Shown: positions 62,121-63,513 of the stretch, piece after piece
Position numbering within the stretch: position 1 is the stretch's first letter
Layout of the letters: every line of letters starts with the position of its first letter
From: Phoronis australis
Lineage: Eukaryota; Animalia; Phoronida
Assembly (NCBI GenBank): GCA_002633005.1
Contig: NMRA01000176.1
Coordinates: 503,639-567,151, forward strand
DNA: 63,513 nucleotides
Reading direction: 5' to 3'
The notes under the pieces: model-generated
What the model saw: the letters and a program-made list of their open reading frames with translations, nothing else
Told to the model about the DNA's origin: nothing
The model's database searches: none
Translations under genes and position numbers: made by a program

Positions 62121-63214
62121 GCATGAGCGTTTTATCGGGTGGGCCTTTCTGCGGAAGTTCCCAGCATAGAAGACGGCAGTGTGCTTATTGCAGGTAGAAA
62201 GACGGTAGGTGTTGAGGTCGGAACTAGGGCTCCTTGGGAGGCCTATTGAACATCGCACGAGTCCCGCAAGACTTTGTTGTAACAGCCTCCCCGCAATTTC
62301 TGGTACTGTACACTGTTTGCGAATGCGGTCACTTTGTCAATGTGAGTCCCCCCTTGGTCATTCCTTGTATAGACATAACTTGTTAGAGTGTATCTTCAAA
62401 CGGACTCGCGACCAGACCACGGCGCCCGCGACAATAGCAATTCTTCGGAAAAGGATTTTTTTTCAAAAATATTACATGTACATGTATACTGTATGATGTT
62501 GCACAAGACAACTTTACTATACATCAGTTACAAACGTGTGGAGTGTAATAGAATGACATGGTATGACAGATGAGGTAAAAACGTTGCACGTCCGACATTC
62601 GCCTGAATATCAGGGTTGCGGCACCACAGTATTTCCCCTAATCAAATCAAAACATATCTTAGAGTAAAGAAGCTAGTTACCTAAAGAAATCAGCTATCGA
62701 ACTGCTCTTTCAGCGGTGGGTCCATCTAAAATGCTTGGCTACTTCAGAAGTGTCGACGGAAGCGGGCGCACAATTGATCTCCGCCCGTTTTGCCGATGAG
62801 CCACGAAGACTCAGCAATACACAATGCAAAAAATTATATTTTCAGAGTGAACCCTTCCTCATTTTTTTCCAAGTTGGTTTACTTGGGGTTTCACGCTAGA
62901 GGTGCCGTTTTTGTTTTGCTGGAGATGTTTTTGTTTTTTATTTTTGGGTTTAAATCCCCTGAACCCCCCGTAGATTCGCCACTGACAACTATACTTGGAC
63001 TACATGTACATTGTGTATTCACTCTCGAGCAAAATGTACCTGGGATTTTCAAGTTGCTCGTTGGCCACATTGTTGACACAGCCGAGCGTAAGTTTGTGTT
63101 ATTGACTTAATTGCACTTTGTCAGAATAAATATTGATTAAGTAATTAGTAAGAATAGATCCATTTTAAGTTGCCAAAATTTGTGCATATGTACTTTTAAA
63201 TCATGGGGTCAGAC

Positions 63215-63513
63215 TTGTTGACATGTATTTTAACGTCAAAATCTATTTTTAGATGGTGTTTACAACTTTGGGTTCTGGGGTCAAAGTACTCTAGAGATTC
63301 TAGAATGTTCTGAGAACAAATTGTAACAGCCAATAATACGAGTGGATATGATCATGTGGTTTTTATTAGCCAATCACTAAATAAGTAGAATGTTATATTA
63401 TGGGCTGGAATCAAGAAGATAATGAGATGCGCTAAAGTAGTTGAAGCATAAAGACTTGCTACAGTGTACAGAAGCAGTTGTACGACAGAGCCATCTCGTG
63501 GAAGATTCTAGAA
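63215..63513 (+). promoter_or_regulatory. Second HSE-containing LTR-like segment (truncated by the window end)
   Basis: TTCtaGAAtgTTC at 63298-63310, GAAgaTTCtaGAA at 63501-63513, and two agccaat boxes between them. Confidence 0.45.

Overview
This is eukaryotic, intron-rich, repeat-dense animal DNA. The gene and TE repertoire suggests a marine invertebrate (inference). I assembled two spliced genes by hand from GT-AG junctions with consistent phase. (1) On the minus strand, a 5-exon secreted serine beta-lactamase/PBP-like hydrolase (22371 to 14745, about 555 aa) with SxxK, YxN and HxG motifs. (2) Divergently on the plus strand, a 20-exon type-I membrane protein (29323 to 58466, about 1690 aa): signal peptide, six MAM domains with Thr-rich linkers, a mucin-like stalk, one TM helix, and a tail with two FxNxxY motifs and a terminal -SKV. 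The rest is TE-derived. A full-length decayed L1/Tx1 LINE with a 10-bp TSD sits inside a Penelope-like RT. There is also an LTR-like segment with a perfect heat-shock element plus TATA, a Helentron/HINE-like element with a higher-order tandem array, an RLE-type non-LTR fragment, a hAT transposase remnant, many MITE-like palindromes, and mini/microsatellites. The most unusual window-wide signal is at least 36 copies of the palindrome TACATGTA (about 2 expected), which may be transposon excision footprints. There are no prokaryotic features, CRISPR arrays or rRNA, and no convincing intact tRNA. All coordinates were read by eye and may be off by a few bases.
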